The notes under the pieces are model-generated. The model worked only from the letters and a program-made list of their open reading frames with translations. It was not told the DNA's origin and did no database searches. A program made the position numbers and the translations under genes. This document shows, in pieces, positions 30,992 to 40,862 of a stretch of 64,000 nt of DNA (position 1 is its first letter; each line of letters begins with the position of its first letter). This DNA is from Gemmatimonadota bacterium. GTDB taxonomy: Bacteria; Gemmatimonadota; Gemmatimonadetes; Gemmatimonadales; GWC2-71-9. The stretch covers positions 639 to 64,638 of the forward strand of contig JADFPO010000004.1 of NCBI GenBank assembly GCA_022562295.1. The letters run 5' to 3'.

Positions 30992-32536
30992 TTATGCCGA
31001 CGAGCGCCCGGCCCGTGACACCAACCGGCGGGCGTCGGGGTGCCCGAGCAGAGCGGCGGCCGCGAAATACACGATGCCGAAGGCGCCTAGGGTGACGGCG
31101 GTGCCCAACCAGATCTCCTCAGCAGGCACTGTCCGGCCCACCAGGGTCGCCGCCGCTGTAGCCAGCACGGAGGCAGCGATGGTAGCCGCAATCGCCATGC
31201 GTTCCTTCGATCCAAGGATCGGGCCGGTTCGCCGAACGAGATAACCGTAGTTGAGGGACATGTTCAAGTACGCGGCGACAGCGGAGCCGAGCGCGATGCC
31301 CGCCACGCCCAGTGATTGCATGAACAGCACCGCGAGGGCTGCGGCGAGAGCCACGGTAAGGCCGGCCACACGCAATGGAGTCCGTGTGTCTCCCAATGCG
31401 TAGTGTCCAGAGGTCAGCAATCGGACAGAGCCTTGGGCGGGCAGGCCGATGCTGTAGGCCGCCAGGACCCCGGTTACCACCACGGTCTGGTCGCTGTAAA
31501 AGCTTCCGGTCTGCAACAGTGCCGACACGACGTACGAACCATGCGCGGCCAGGACAAAGGCCGACGGGATAATGAAAAACGACACGCGTCGGATGCCGTC
31601 CGCCAGGCGTTCTCGCGTGGCCCCTGCCGACGCTCCGGCCGCATCGCGGCTGAGTTCGGGGAGGGCGGCAGCGGCCACGCTCACACCGAACAACGACACC
31701 GGAAGGACGGCGATCATCTGGGCATACGCGAGAAATGCCACCGCTCCCGCTCCAGCAAGCGACCCGAGCTGTGTGTCGACGAGACTCGAAATCTGCCATA
31801 CGCCCGCACCGATCACCACCGGAATCCATGCCCGCACCACCCGTTGAATACCTTGTGTTCGAGTATGGATGCTCCACCGCAACGCGCCGGCTAGGGCCAC
31901 GGCGGAAGGTAGCTGCACCGCCACCTGGAGCACGCTTCCAGCCAAGGCGCCCCACCCCAACGCAATCACGAGGGTCGCGCCGCGCCAACCGGCAACCCAC
32001 GATCCCAACGCCACCATCGTCGCAATTTGCGCGATGTTCCAGAGCGTGGGCGCTGCGTACGATAAGAAAAAGCGGCGGTGCGTATTCAGCACGCCGAGGC
32101 ACCACCCCGAAAGGATCATGACACCCGCCATCGGGAACATGATGCGCACTAGCGTTACCGTGAGCGCGCGGGTGGTGGTGGCAAATCCCGGGGCCACGAC
32201 GTCGGTGATGACCGGTGCCAGCACGTAACCCAGTAGCGCGCCCGCCGACGCCAGCAGTACGAGTAGCGATGCGACCGTCTGGGCCAGCGCTCGTGCGGCT
32301 TCGCGTTCGTCGCGTTCGAGCATGCCGGCATATACCGGGATGAATGAGGCAGAGAGCGTACCCTCGCCGACGAGATTCCGAATGATGTTGGGAATCTTCA
32401 GCGCCGCGTTGAACGCATCAGCTTCCTGACCGCTGCCGAAGTAATGCGCGAAAACCCGAACTCGAACGAGGCCAAGGATTCGGGTGAGGAGGATGCCCGC
32501 TCCGACTCGCGTGGCTGGTTCAGTCGTCGAACTCAT
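30992..32536 (-). CDS. murJ: Lipid II flippase MurJ (MviN)
   Basis: 514-aa polytopic protein. The N-terminus GILLTRILGLVRVRVFAHYFGSGQEADAFNAALKIPN is typical of MurJ. Confidence 0.85.
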   Translation of the reverse strand: MSSTTEPATRVGAGILLTRILGLVRVRVFAHYFGSGQEADAFNAALKIPNIIRNLVGEGTLSASFIPVYAGMLERDEREAARALAQTVASLLVLLASAGALLGYVLAPVITDVVAPGFATTTRALTVTLVRIMFPMAGVMILSGWCLGVLNTHRRFFLSYAAPTLWNIAQIATMVALGSWVAGWRGATLVIALGWGALAGSVLQVAVQLPSAVALAGALRWSIHTRTQGIQRVVRAWIPVVIGAGVWQISSLVDTQLGSLAGAGAVAFLAYAQMIAVLPVSLFGVSVAAAALPELSRDAAGASAGATRERLADGIRRVSFFIIPSAFVLAAHGSYVVSALLQTGSFYSDQTVVVTGVLAAYSIGLPAQGSVRLLTSGHYALGDTRTPLRVAGLTVALAAALAVLFMQSLGVAGIALGSAVAAYLNMSLNYGYLVRRTGPILGSKERMAIAATIAASVLATAAATLVGRTVPAEEIWLGTAVTLGAFGIVYFAAAALLGHPDARRLVSRAGRSSA

Positions 32537-32628
32537 TCAGTATCGACTCGATGAAGCGATCCCTGCGGCGCGTTCGTCTCGGTCTACTCGCACGTTTCCG
32601 ACCGTGACACCGCGTGCAGACACGCAGC

Positions 32629-34170
32629 CTACCGAGGTTGCGACCTGCGGTTCGCCGGTTCAAAGTTGGTCGCCCATTGGTCACACGCGCGCTCGATCTC
32701 CTGAAGAAAGGCCGGACCGTACTTGACGAGATATTGCAGGACGTTGAGGACGCGTTCTTGCGGGCGGCCATTCGGATAGGTTGAACTTCTTGCGTGTGCT
32801 ATCTGCCTGACCAGCGTCTCGTTCTGCTGCTTCAACCGCGTGATCACCCGCTTTTCCATGTGTTCGATACCCTTCATGATTTGATTGCGGACCGATTCCA
32901 CGGGCTTTTCCAGGGTCGGGTCGATTTCTGAAGCTCCTTTGATGAGGGTGGGGAATTCCCTATCCACCGCCTGGCGCAGGCGCTGGATGGCATCAGCGAT
33001 GGCAGCCGGCATGTTCTGCTCGACGATGCGCGCCTCGAGCTGCCCCTGCCCAGCTGACAGATCCTCGAGGCGGAGATCGTATCGATCCAGCGTTTTGCGC
33101 ACACGGTTTTCGACAACTACACCCGACCAACGGGGCACGACGAGCTGGGGGCGTATTCCCAATGCCTCGAACACAGGCTTGGTTTGCGGTAGGTAATCGA
33201 TTTCCCCCGGGCCAGCCACATAGGCAACCGTGGGCAGCAGCGCCGCCTCGATTGCGGGGCGCAACAGCACGTTGGCGGACAGTCGCTCCGGCGCCTGCCG
33301 GGCGACCTCGCGTAGCGCGTCGAGCGTCCAGTGTTCGTCGAATCGACGGGTCTTGAATTCCCCGTTGGACATGACCAGTCGGTCCCGCCCGCGCTCGCCA
33401 TCCAACATGACTAGGGTGTTTCCACCCTGTGTCGTCACTGGTGCCGGACGTCCGGACGCCACGAGTGCGTCGGCTCGTGATCGCAAATCCGCATCCAACG
33501 CCTCCGCCCCCTCGAGGACGCGAATGATGAGCGGCGCGGCGACCCTCTTCGCCTCTCGGTCGGTGGGATCGAACACGACGAGACCCGCCGGCCCGAGCAG
33601 TTCCGCCAGGGCGTTCCGAAAGGCCGAACTCATATCGGCACCATGCCGATAGTGCCGGGTGAGCCAGCTCAGCACCTCGGCACGGAACTCGTTCTCCGGT
33701 GTGAGTTCGGTGAGCCGGTCGATCACCTCACTGATCTCCGACCCGATGACTTCCCGTGACAGCGGCGTCGTTGGAGCATCAGCCTTCCGAGCACGGAGCG
33801 CGAGGCGTTCGACTTCGCTGTCTTTGCCGATGAGGTGAATGTGGTTGGCTTCCGCAAAATCGTGGTCATCGCCCGCTACCCAGAACACGGGAACCACCGG
33901 CCGGTCGAACGCCACCTCGAAGGTCCGGGCCAATGCCACCGCGGAAACCGCCTTGTAGAGCGTAAACAACGGACCGGTGAACAGACCGGGCTGCTGGCCG
34001 CTGGTCACGCAGAGAGCGCCGCTGAAGAGACGGTCTAGATTCTCGGCACCGCGGTCCTGAGCAGCAAACGCGTCCCGCAGGGAAGGATCCAGCGCAACCC
34101 CTCGATCGACCGCCAAGCTCAGATCCACGCCGTTCGCGCCGAGTGGAGTGGCGCGAATCTCCAAGGTCAT
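32629..34170 (-). CDS. bshC: Bacillithiol biosynthesis cysteine-adding enzyme BshC
   Basis: 513 aa. TSGQQPGLFTGPLFTLYKAVSAVALA and PVFWVAGDDHDFAE are characteristic of the BshC/DUF2317 family as I recall it. Confidence 0.7.
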   Translation of the reverse strand: MTLEIRATPLGANGVDLSLAVDRGVALDPSLRDAFAAQDRGAENLDRLFSGALCVTSGQQPGLFTGPLFTLYKAVSAVALARTFEVAFDRPVVPVFWVAGDDHDFAEANHIHLIGKDSEVERLALRARKADAPTTPLSREVIGSEISEVIDRLTELTPENEFRAEVLSWLTRHYRHGADMSSAFRNALAELLGPAGLVVFDPTDREAKRVAAPLIIRVLEGAEALDADLRSRADALVASGRPAPVTTQGGNTLVMLDGERGRDRLVMSNGEFKTRRFDEHWTLDALREVARQAPERLSANVLLRPAIEAALLPTVAYVAGPGEIDYLPQTKPVFEALGIRPQLVVPRWSGVVVENRVRKTLDRYDLRLEDLSAGQGQLEARIVEQNMPAAIADAIQRLRQAVDREFPTLIKGASEIDPTLEKPVESVRNQIMKGIEHMEKRVITRLKQQNETLVRQIAHARSSTYPNGRPQERVLNVLQYLVKYGPAFLQEIERACDQWATNFEPANRRSQPR

Positions 34171-34889
34171 CTTCGCTCAGCCATGAGTATGGTTCGAGGA
34201 GAGTCGGTACTCACCGGATCCCCATCATATGACCCAAACCGCGCGGTCACCGTCAGATCGGCGTCCTCCATCATCTGCGCAAGATCATGCTGTGAAAACA
34301 GCCGCACCCGCTCCAGAAAGCTTCGACCATCGTCAGCCAGATGCATTTCCTTCACGACAAATCTTCCACCGTCAGTGAGTCTCCGTTCGATCTCAACTCG
34401 TCGACTGCCTACGACCATTTCCTCTTTATCCACGAGATTCGATCGTACGAAATCGGCGTTCAGGTAGTCGATGACCAGCATCCCTCCCGGCGTCAGGGTT
34501 CTCGCGACATCTCGGATGACTGCCAGGTGTTCCTGATCTTCTGCAAAATATCCGAAGCTCGTGAATAGGTTGACTACCACATCAAATATTTCACCGCAAA
34601 ACGGAAGGTATCTCATGTCTCCCCGCACCCACCGTCCGACGCCGGACGAGCGGTGCTTGGCGCGGCTAAGTAGCGGCATCGACAAGTCAAAACCGGTTAC
34701 GGTTGCACCATGCGCGGCCAGATGCTTCGCGTGTCGGCCGGGACCGCACGCCAGGTCCAGCACCTGCGCTCGGGGTAGGGTCACCACACCGGCGATGAGC
34801 GCAACGACCCGCTGTGCATCCTCTCCATCGCGGTGGGGATACAACTGAAGATATTCCTCTCCAAACCATTGCTCGAACCACTCGGTCAC
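34167..34889 (-). CDS. Class I SAM-dependent methyltransferase
   Basis: Motif I VLDLACGPGRH, post-I FDLS, and motif II FDVVVNLF. GTG 34889 overlaps the upstream stop. Its TGA overlaps the bshC ATG (ATGA). Confidence 0.75.
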   Translation of the reverse strand: MTEWFEQWFGEEYLQLYPHRDGEDAQRVVALIAGVVTLPRAQVLDLACGPGRHAKHLAAHGATVTGFDLSMPLLSRAKHRSSGVGRWVRGDMRYLPFCGEIFDVVVNLFTSFGYFAEDQEHLAVIRDVARTLTPGGMLVIDYLNADFVRSNLVDKEEMVVGSRRVEIERRLTDGGRFVVKEMHLADDGRSFLERVRLFSQHDLAQMMEDADLTVTARFGSYDGDPVSTDSPRTILMAERR

Positions 34890-35428
34890 TCGCCGAACAC
34901 CTCGGCTTCGAAGGTACTGATGGTAACGCCGGAACCGCGCCACGCATCCGCGGGCAAACCGGCCTTCCTGCACGCCAAGTCCAAAAAATCGGCTCTGGTG
35001 CAGTCGTACTCGACCGCCACTTGAGGCAACAAGAGTCCGACGTGGGCACCTTTTCGCACGATGACGCCGTGGCGTCCTGGCTCCAGCTCCTGTTCCGACG
35101 CCTCTACGGGCTGCGACAGGCGGGAGATCTCGATCGTCAGCCCATCAACCTCGTCGGGCGTGACCGCAGGGAAACGTGGATCGCGGGTGGCCGAATCTTG
35201 TATGAGTTCCGCGACCAGGCGCCCGAGTGGCACTTCGGCCCGAGTGCGGCCAATGCAGCCTCGTAGGTCTTCCCCGCAACGCAGGGTGACGAACGCTGCC
35301 GCCGGTTCATCCAGCGGCCCGCCGGTCGGCGGCACGCCGGGAGCACGACCGGCAGTGATGGCCACCAGCGTCTCACGCGCATAACGCAGCAAACGAGTGC
35401 GAGTGCTCTCAGGAAGGGGCTCAATCAC
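34886..35428 (-). CDS. AMMECR1-domain protein (AmmeMemoRadiSam system protein A type)
   Basis: AAFVTL ... DLRGCIG ... LLLPQVA motifs. 180 aa. Confidence 0.75.
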   Translation of the reverse strand: MIEPLPESTRTRLLRYARETLVAITAGRAPGVPPTGGPLDEPAAAFVTLRCGEDLRGCIGRTRAEVPLGRLVAELIQDSATRDPRFPAVTPDEVDGLTIEISRLSQPVEASEQELEPGRHGVIVRKGAHVGLLLPQVAVEYDCTRADFLDLACRKAGLPADAWRGSGVTISTFEAEVFGE

Positions 35429-35891
35429 CTTTGTGGTACGGCTCGCCCTTGAGAATGGTATTACCCCGATAAATCTGCTCGAGCAGCATGAGGCGAGCCA
35501 CTTCGTGTGGGAATGTCATATCCGACAGGCTCAACTCCACCTCACACCTTTCCCGCACTGCGGTATCCAGTCCGTAAGCCCCTCCGATTAGGAACACTAG
35601 GTCCCGCCCACTCTCCCGCCACTCGTTCAACCGTGAGGCGAAACGCCGGCTGCCGCACTGTTCTCCGCCCCGCACCAACGCAACCAGCCGGGCGTTGGCG
35701 GGAACCGCTTTGAGCAACGCAGCCGCCTCCTCACGGAGTACCGTTTCGGGCTCCTTGGACCTTCGGGCTCCATCCGGAATTTCGTGGATCCGGAGCTTGG
35801 AGTACCGGCTCACGCGTGCGGCATAATCTTCACACATTGCACGCAAGTTCGGGTCACGCACACGACCGACCGCCACAATGTGAAACATCAT
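35421..35891 (-). CDS. rlmH: 23S rRNA (pseudouridine1915-N3)-methyltransferase RlmH
   Basis: SPOUT-fold size (156 aa). FLIGGAYGL ... LSLSDMTFPHEVARLMLLEQIYR. Confidence 0.85.
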   Translation of the reverse strand: MMFHIVAVGRVRDPNLRAMCEDYAARVSRYSKLRIHEIPDGARRSKEPETVLREEAAALLKAVPANARLVALVRGGEQCGSRRFASRLNEWRESGRDLVFLIGGAYGLDTAVRERCEVELSLSDMTFPHEVARLMLLEQIYRGNTILKGEPYHKGD

Positions 35892-36007
35892 CAGCCATAC
35901 ATCCCTAGACTACGCTGGTTGTGACCGTCATTACAGAACCGCGCACGCCGTGGGGATCGCCGGCAGTGTTCGTCCGGGCCCCGCCAGCGCCGCGTCGTTG
36001 GGCAATG

Positions 36008-37039
36008 TCAGGTGACGAGATCGGCGACGTGGGCTACCACCGCATCCAGTGCCGTCTCGAGTTCTTTCAGCCCAACTTCCCAATCGACGTCCAAGCACGC
36101 CACGATGGGTTCCCGTGTGTGAGACGGCCACATCAAGCGGAGTTTCACAGCGTCCTTCTCGGTGACTACAACGTAATCAACTCGGCGCGTGGCTTGCACC
36201 ATGCGCGCCATATCGCGCTCGGTAAACTCGTGGTGGTCGTCGAGCGGTAGCATTCTGACCTTCTTGGCGCCCAATTCCTTGCATTGTGAGACGAAGCTGT
36301 AGGGATCGGCGACACCAGCCGCTGCCAGCAACTCGGCTCCGTCGAGCGAATCGACGGGAACGGCGTCACCGCTCAACAGACCAGTGAACCCGGTGATCCC
36401 CAGGCGTGCAATGGCGACGGGTCTGTTCCGGCACTTCCGTTCGATCCGTTCGGCCACCGCCTCCGCCGACTTGAAGTCGGCTCGCTTCCGCGTTATGACC
36501 ACGAAATCAGCCCGGCGGAGCGCCTTCAGCCCTTCGCGCCACGGACCCGCCGGCAGCGTCCAACGCACCGCGCGGCTCGACTCCGTGCTGACCAGGGCGA
36601 TGTTCAGGTCGCGAACGATGTCGAGCCGTTGGAACGCATCGTCTAGCACGACCACCTCGGCCCCGTTGGCAGTCGCCTCCAAGGCACCGGCCACGCGGTC
36701 GGGATTCTCGACTACGATGGCCGATGGCGCCAGCCGCCGGTGAACCTTCGCCTCGTCTCCGCCATAACCTCTGAGACAGATCGCTGCTTGAAAACCCCGG
36801 TCCGCATAGTAACGCGCGATCCAATTGCAAATCGGCGTCTTGCCAGAGCCCCCGACGGTGAGATTCCCAACAGCGACGACGGGCACCGGGACTTCCGAGC
36901 GGGCCAATAAGCCCATTTGATAGGCGCGGGCCCGAATCGCCATCGCGGCCCGGTACATGGCCGCCGGCGGAAGCAGCGACAGGCGCGTCAACCTCGCCGA
37001 CAGGGACCGGTTACTCCAAAGCCAATGTGGTGTCAGCAT
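36008..37039 (-). CDS. lpxK: Tetraacyldisaccharide 4'-kinase
   Basis: P-loop VGNLTVGGSGKTP. The start is ATG 37039 (the track ORF extends to 37183). Confidence 0.85.
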   Translation of the reverse strand: MLTPHWLWSNRSLSARLTRLSLLPPAAMYRAAMAIRARAYQMGLLARSEVPVPVVAVGNLTVGGSGKTPICNWIARYYADRGFQAAICLRGYGGDEAKVHRRLAPSAIVVENPDRVAGALEATANGAEVVVLDDAFQRLDIVRDLNIALVSTESSRAVRWTLPAGPWREGLKALRRADFVVITRKRADFKSAEAVAERIERKCRNRPVAIARLGITGFTGLLSGDAVPVDSLDGAELLAAAGVADPYSFVSQCKELGAKKVRMLPLDDHHEFTERDMARMVQATRRVDYVVVTEKDAVKLRLMWPSHTREPIVACLDVDWEVGLKELETALDAVVAHVADLVT

Positions 37040-37650
37040 CCGGCAGCGACCGTCAGTGAATCGAGGCGCTGCTGCAAGAGTCGAGCGCCGTCGGCCCGCC
37101 GGGTCGATGCCGGCAGCGTCAGCGGATCGTCGTACACGATGTGCACCCGAGCGAACGGCTTGGGAATGAGGAATTGGTCCCACGAACGTAAGCGCCAGCC
37201 CGACGAAACCGTCACGGCCACGGGGATGATCGATACGCCCGCCAACTGGGCGGCCGCCACGACACCACTCTTGACGACCCGCGCCGGACCTCGCGGACCG
37301 TCTGGCGTGATTGCGATCTCACCGCCGTCTCGAAGGACGCGGAGCATCTGTCGGAACGCCGCTTGCCCGCCGCGGGTGCTGGAACCCTGAATGATCCCAT
37401 AACCCCAGGCGCGAGCAGCCTTCACGAGGTATCCACCATCCACGTGCCCGCTCACCACCAGGGACGTCGAATCGCCGCGATGGAACCACATCAACGGCAC
37501 CAGGTCGCCGTGCCAGAGAGCGAATACAAACGGCTGACGCCGGCGCCTGAGCCTCGACGGGTGATCCCTTCCCACGACCTCGACCCGCCAGGTAGCCCCC
37601 AACAGAGCAATCAACCATCTGGCCACTGCGGCCCCGGCCGAGATCAACAC
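37033..37650 (-). CDS. DUF374 / lysophospholipid-acyltransferase-like protein
   Basis: FALWHGDL ... ITPDGPRGP motifs. The family is typically linked to lpxK/waaA. Confidence 0.7.
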   Translation of the reverse strand: MLISAGAAVARWLIALLGATWRVEVVGRDHPSRLRRRRQPFVFALWHGDLVPLMWFHRGDSTSLVVSGHVDGGYLVKAARAWGYGIIQGSSTRGGQAAFRQMLRVLRDGGEIAITPDGPRGPARVVKSGVVAAAQLAGVSIIPVAVTVSSGWRLRSWDQFLIPKPFARVHIVYDDPLTLPASTRRADGARLLQQRLDSLTVAAGC

Positions 37651-38807
37651 GACGTCAATGCGACCGCCAGATCCGCAACCCGGTCGGCGGCCCCTGCGGA
37701 GCCGAGCCGCCGGCGCACGCTCGCGAACGCTCGGCGTTGGCTCTGAGCGGGCTCACCGTCCCGCTCCAAGAGTGGCAGAACCGCCCGTGCCAGGGCCGCC
37801 GGAGTCGACGACCCCTGAAGATATTCCGGCGCAACTTCCCTCCCAGCCACCAGATTGACGAGTCCAACGTGGCGACATCGGACCACTCGCCGCGCGATGG
37901 CATACGACAGCGCATCGGTACGGTAGCAGATGACCAGCGGTGTGTCGGCCAACGCGGCCTCCAGTGTCGTGGTTCCGGACTTGCACAGTGCAGCGTCGCT
38001 CGCCGCCATGACCGTCGCGGCATCCGAGCGTTGCAACTGGAATTCCTCTCCTCCGGGGTAGTCGAAACCCGGCATGGCCGCAACCACGACTTGGAGGTCC
38101 GGAAGCCCAACGCGCACCCGCGCGGCTGCCGCCCGCATCGGTGGCCACATGTGTCTGATCTCCGCCGCGCGACTCCCCGGGAACAGTCCCAGCACCGGCC
38201 GCGATTCGCTCACGCCCAAAACTGACCGGGCCTCGCCACGTTCGGGGCGAACTCGATCGAGCAAAGGATGCCCGACAAACGTGGTCGGGACACCGCGCTC
38301 CCGAAAATACTTTTCCTCGAACGGCAGAATCGCCGCCAGATGCGTCACATGGCGGCGGAGGCGCCCAATTCGACGCTCTCCCCACGCCCAGAGCTGTGGG
38401 GCGACATAGTACAGCACCGGCACCCCGGCCTCCGTCGCCGCCCGAGCAACTCGCATGTGAAGACCAGGATAGTCGGTGAGCAGCGCGAGATCGTAACGAC
38501 CAGCGCGCAGGTCGCGCCGCATCATGGACAGTAACCTCATGTGCCCGGGAAGGGTCCGTACCACCGAAGTAAATCCGATCGTCGAGAGCGATTCCATGCG
38601 CGTCTGCAGGGTGGCCCCCGCCGCCGCCATTCGCACCCCACCGAACCCAGTCACATCGCAACGCGGGAGCTTGCCCCGTAGCGCCACAATGACATTGGCC
38701 GCGTGCGCATCGCCCGACGGCTCGCCCGCCGACACCAGCACTCGGACATTCGACCTAGCCGTCACACCATTGTGCGCGCCATGCCGCGCCGCGGCCAATA
38801 CGGTCAC
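37644..38807 (-). CDS. lpxB: Lipid-A-disaccharide synthase
   Basis: VLVSAGEPSGDAHAA N-terminal motif. GTG 38807 forms a GTGA overlap with the lpxA stop. The track ORF extension to 39251 is overlap junk. Confidence 0.85.
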   Translation of the reverse strand: MTVLAAARHGAHNGVTARSNVRVLVSAGEPSGDAHAANVIVALRGKLPRCDVTGFGGVRMAAAGATLQTRMESLSTIGFTSVVRTLPGHMRLLSMMRRDLRAGRYDLALLTDYPGLHMRVARAATEAGVPVLYYVAPQLWAWGERRIGRLRRHVTHLAAILPFEEKYFRERGVPTTFVGHPLLDRVRPERGEARSVLGVSESRPVLGLFPGSRAAEIRHMWPPMRAAAARVRVGLPDLQVVVAAMPGFDYPGGEEFQLQRSDAATVMAASDAALCKSGTTTLEAALADTPLVICYRTDALSYAIARRVVRCRHVGLVNLVAGREVAPEYLQGSSTPAALARAVLPLLERDGEPAQSQRRAFASVRRRLGSAGAADRVADLAVALTSC

Positions 38808-39580
38808 ACCATCACCCCGCGTTCGGACGTGCCGAGAAAATCGAGCAAACGTGTCACCTCTGAAATATGACCGCTCTCGGTACGCAGGCGGTCCATCGCT
38901 TCGCGCCGCGACATCCCTGAATTGAACAGCAGCCGATAGGCATGTTGGATCGACAGGCGCAAATCCGCGCTGAACCCCGCGCGTCGCAGGCCGACCGCAT
39001 TGATCCCGTACAAACGGAGCGGATTCCCTGCGGTGCGTGCGTACGGCGGTACGTCCTGCGGCACCCGGGACCCTCCGCCAACAAATCCATACGCCCCGAT
39101 GCGCACGAACTGATGGACCGGCGTCAAGCCGCCTACCTGGGCGTGTTCCCCGATCTCCACGTGACCGCCGAGTTGAACCGCATTGGCGAGGATGACGCCT
39201 TCGCCAAGCCTGCAGTCGTGAGCCACATGTACGTAGCTCATCAACAGACACCGCGGCCCGATCACCGTACTTCCCGTGGCGTTCGTACCCCGGTTGATGG
39301 TCGCATACTCGCGAATGTGTGTCTCGTCGCCGATCTCGAGCGTCGTCGGCTCACCGTTGTACTTGAGGTCCTGCGGATCGGATCCGACCACAGCTCCCAC
39401 ACCCACGGAGCACCCAGCCCCGATCCGCGTGGCCCCGTACACCGTCGCACGCGGCCCGATCGTCGAACCCGCGCCGATCCGTACCCCCGAGCCGATCATC
39501 GCAAAAGCTTCGACGACGACATCGAGATCGAGTTCCGCCGACGGGTCTACCAACGCGCTGGGGTGTACGCGCGGGGTCAT
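38804..39580 (-). CDS. lpxA: Acyl-ACP--UDP-N-acetylglucosamine O-acyltransferase
   Basis: Left-handed beta-helix hexapeptide repeats, and HVAHDCRLG. ATG 39580 overlaps the fabZ stop. Confidence 0.9.
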   Translation of the reverse strand: MTPRVHPSALVDPSAELDLDVVVEAFAMIGSGVRIGAGSTIGPRATVYGATRIGAGCSVGVGAVVGSDPQDLKYNGEPTTLEIGDETHIREYATINRGTNATGSTVIGPRCLLMSYVHVAHDCRLGEGVILANAVQLGGHVEIGEHAQVGGLTPVHQFVRIGAYGFVGGGSRVPQDVPPYARTAGNPLRLYGINAVGLRRAGFSADLRLSIQHAYRLLFNSGMSRREAMDRLRTESGHISEVTRLLDFLGTSERGVMV

Positions 39581-40023
39581 CGATCTACGATGGCCGCCAT
39601 CATTTCCGCTTCGGCGACCTTGGCCCCGTCCACCAACCCCACACCGCGCATTTGGCATCTCTTGGTTCCAAGCCGCAGCAGCTCGAGCTCCAATCGTAAC
39701 TGGTCGCCGGGCACGACGGGTCGGCGAAACTTGACCTTATCCAACGACATGAAGTAGACGACCTTGTCTTTCGCGTTCTTCACGGATTCCATCATCAACA
39801 TCCCACCCACCTGGGCCATCGCCTCGACGATGAGGACCCCTGGCATGATTGGATGGCCGGGAAAGTGACCCTGGAAGAACGGCTCGTTAATGGTGACGTT
39901 CTTGATTCCAACGATGCGTTTGCCGGGTTCCGACTCCAGGATGCGGTCGACGAGCAACATGGGGTACCGGTGCGGGAGAAAGTCGAGAATCTTCGTGATG
40001 TCCATTTCCATGTCTGCACTCAC
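39577..40023 (-). CDS. fabZ: 3-hydroxyacyl-ACP dehydratase FabZ
   Basis: [11 protein letters not shown] and [16 protein letters not shown] motifs. Confidence 0.9.
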   Translation of the reverse strand: MSADMEMDITKILDFLPHRYPMLLVDRILESEPGKRIVGIKNVTINEPFFQGHFPGHPIMPGVLIVEAMAQVGGMLMMESVKNAKDKVVYFMSLDKVKFRRPVVPGDQLRLELELLRLGTKRCQMRGVGLVDGAKVAEAEMMAAIVDR

Positions 40024-40862
40024 GCTCCCGTCGAGTTGTGGTCAAGGATCGCGCGCACCAGGGCGACGTTCCCAAGGTGACTCGGTTTGACGGCCTCGAT
40101 GGTTCCGTCAAACCGTCCGCCCAACAACGCCAGATCTCCTATCAAGTCTACCACCTTATGCCGAACGAACTCGTCTGGCCACCGCAATGCACCGGTGACG
40201 ACCTCGGTGCGGGATAACACCACCGCGCACGCGGGGTGTGCCCCCTTGATCAAGCCCCTGGCGCGCAACTCGTCCAGCTCGTGGAGGAAACCAAACGTGC
40301 GAGCCGCCGCGAGCGATTCGGCGAATACTCCGGGGGCCCGCTGAAAGGAGCCAGTCATCTTGCCGATGCACGGGTGATCCCAGTCCACAGTCACGGTGAC
40401 CGTGTTGGACCCCGGAGTCACCCGATATTCCGCCTCCCCACATCGCACGCTGAGCGTCGTCGAGATCGAGAAGGTCCGCACCTCCCCACCCACGCAGACG
40501 ATCGCCGCACCCTCCAATAGATCGAAGAACGGCGCCGCACTTCCGTCGAGGATAGGAACCTCGGCACCGTCCACATCGATCCACAAATCGTCGATCTCGT
40601 GGGCCGCTACCGCAGCCAAGACATGCTCCACCGTGTCGACTGACACGTCTCCGTTGCCGAGGACCGTTCGCCGGTCGGCCGTCTTCACCGCGGCAGCGAG
40701 CGCCGGAATGGGAAGCGTGTCTGCGAGATCCACGCGACGAAACGCCACCCCCTGGCCGGCTTCGGCAGGGCGAAACGTCAGCGTCGCATCCGCGCCCGTG
40801 TGCAGGCCGACGCCGGCGATCGACACCGGTCGCCGAATAGACATCCTACCGCGCCCGTTCAT
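40020..40862 (-). CDS. lpxC: UDP-3-O-acyl-N-acetylglucosamine deacetylase
   Basis: GVGLHTG, VEHVLAA ... IDD, and HKVVDLIGDLAL motifs. The start may be ATG 40844. Confidence 0.85.
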   Translation of the reverse strand: MNGRGRMSIRRPVSIAGVGLHTGADATLTFRPAEAGQGVAFRRVDLADTLPIPALAAAVKTADRRTVLGNGDVSVDTVEHVLAAVAAHEIDDLWIDVDGAEVPILDGSAAPFFDLLEGAAIVCVGGEVRTFSISTTLSVRCGEAEYRVTPGSNTVTVTVDWDHPCIGKMTGSFQRAPGVFAESLAAARTFGFLHELDELRARGLIKGAHPACAVVLSRTEVVTGALRWPDEFVRHKVVDLIGDLALLGGRFDGTIEAVKPSHLGNVALVRAILDHNSTGA

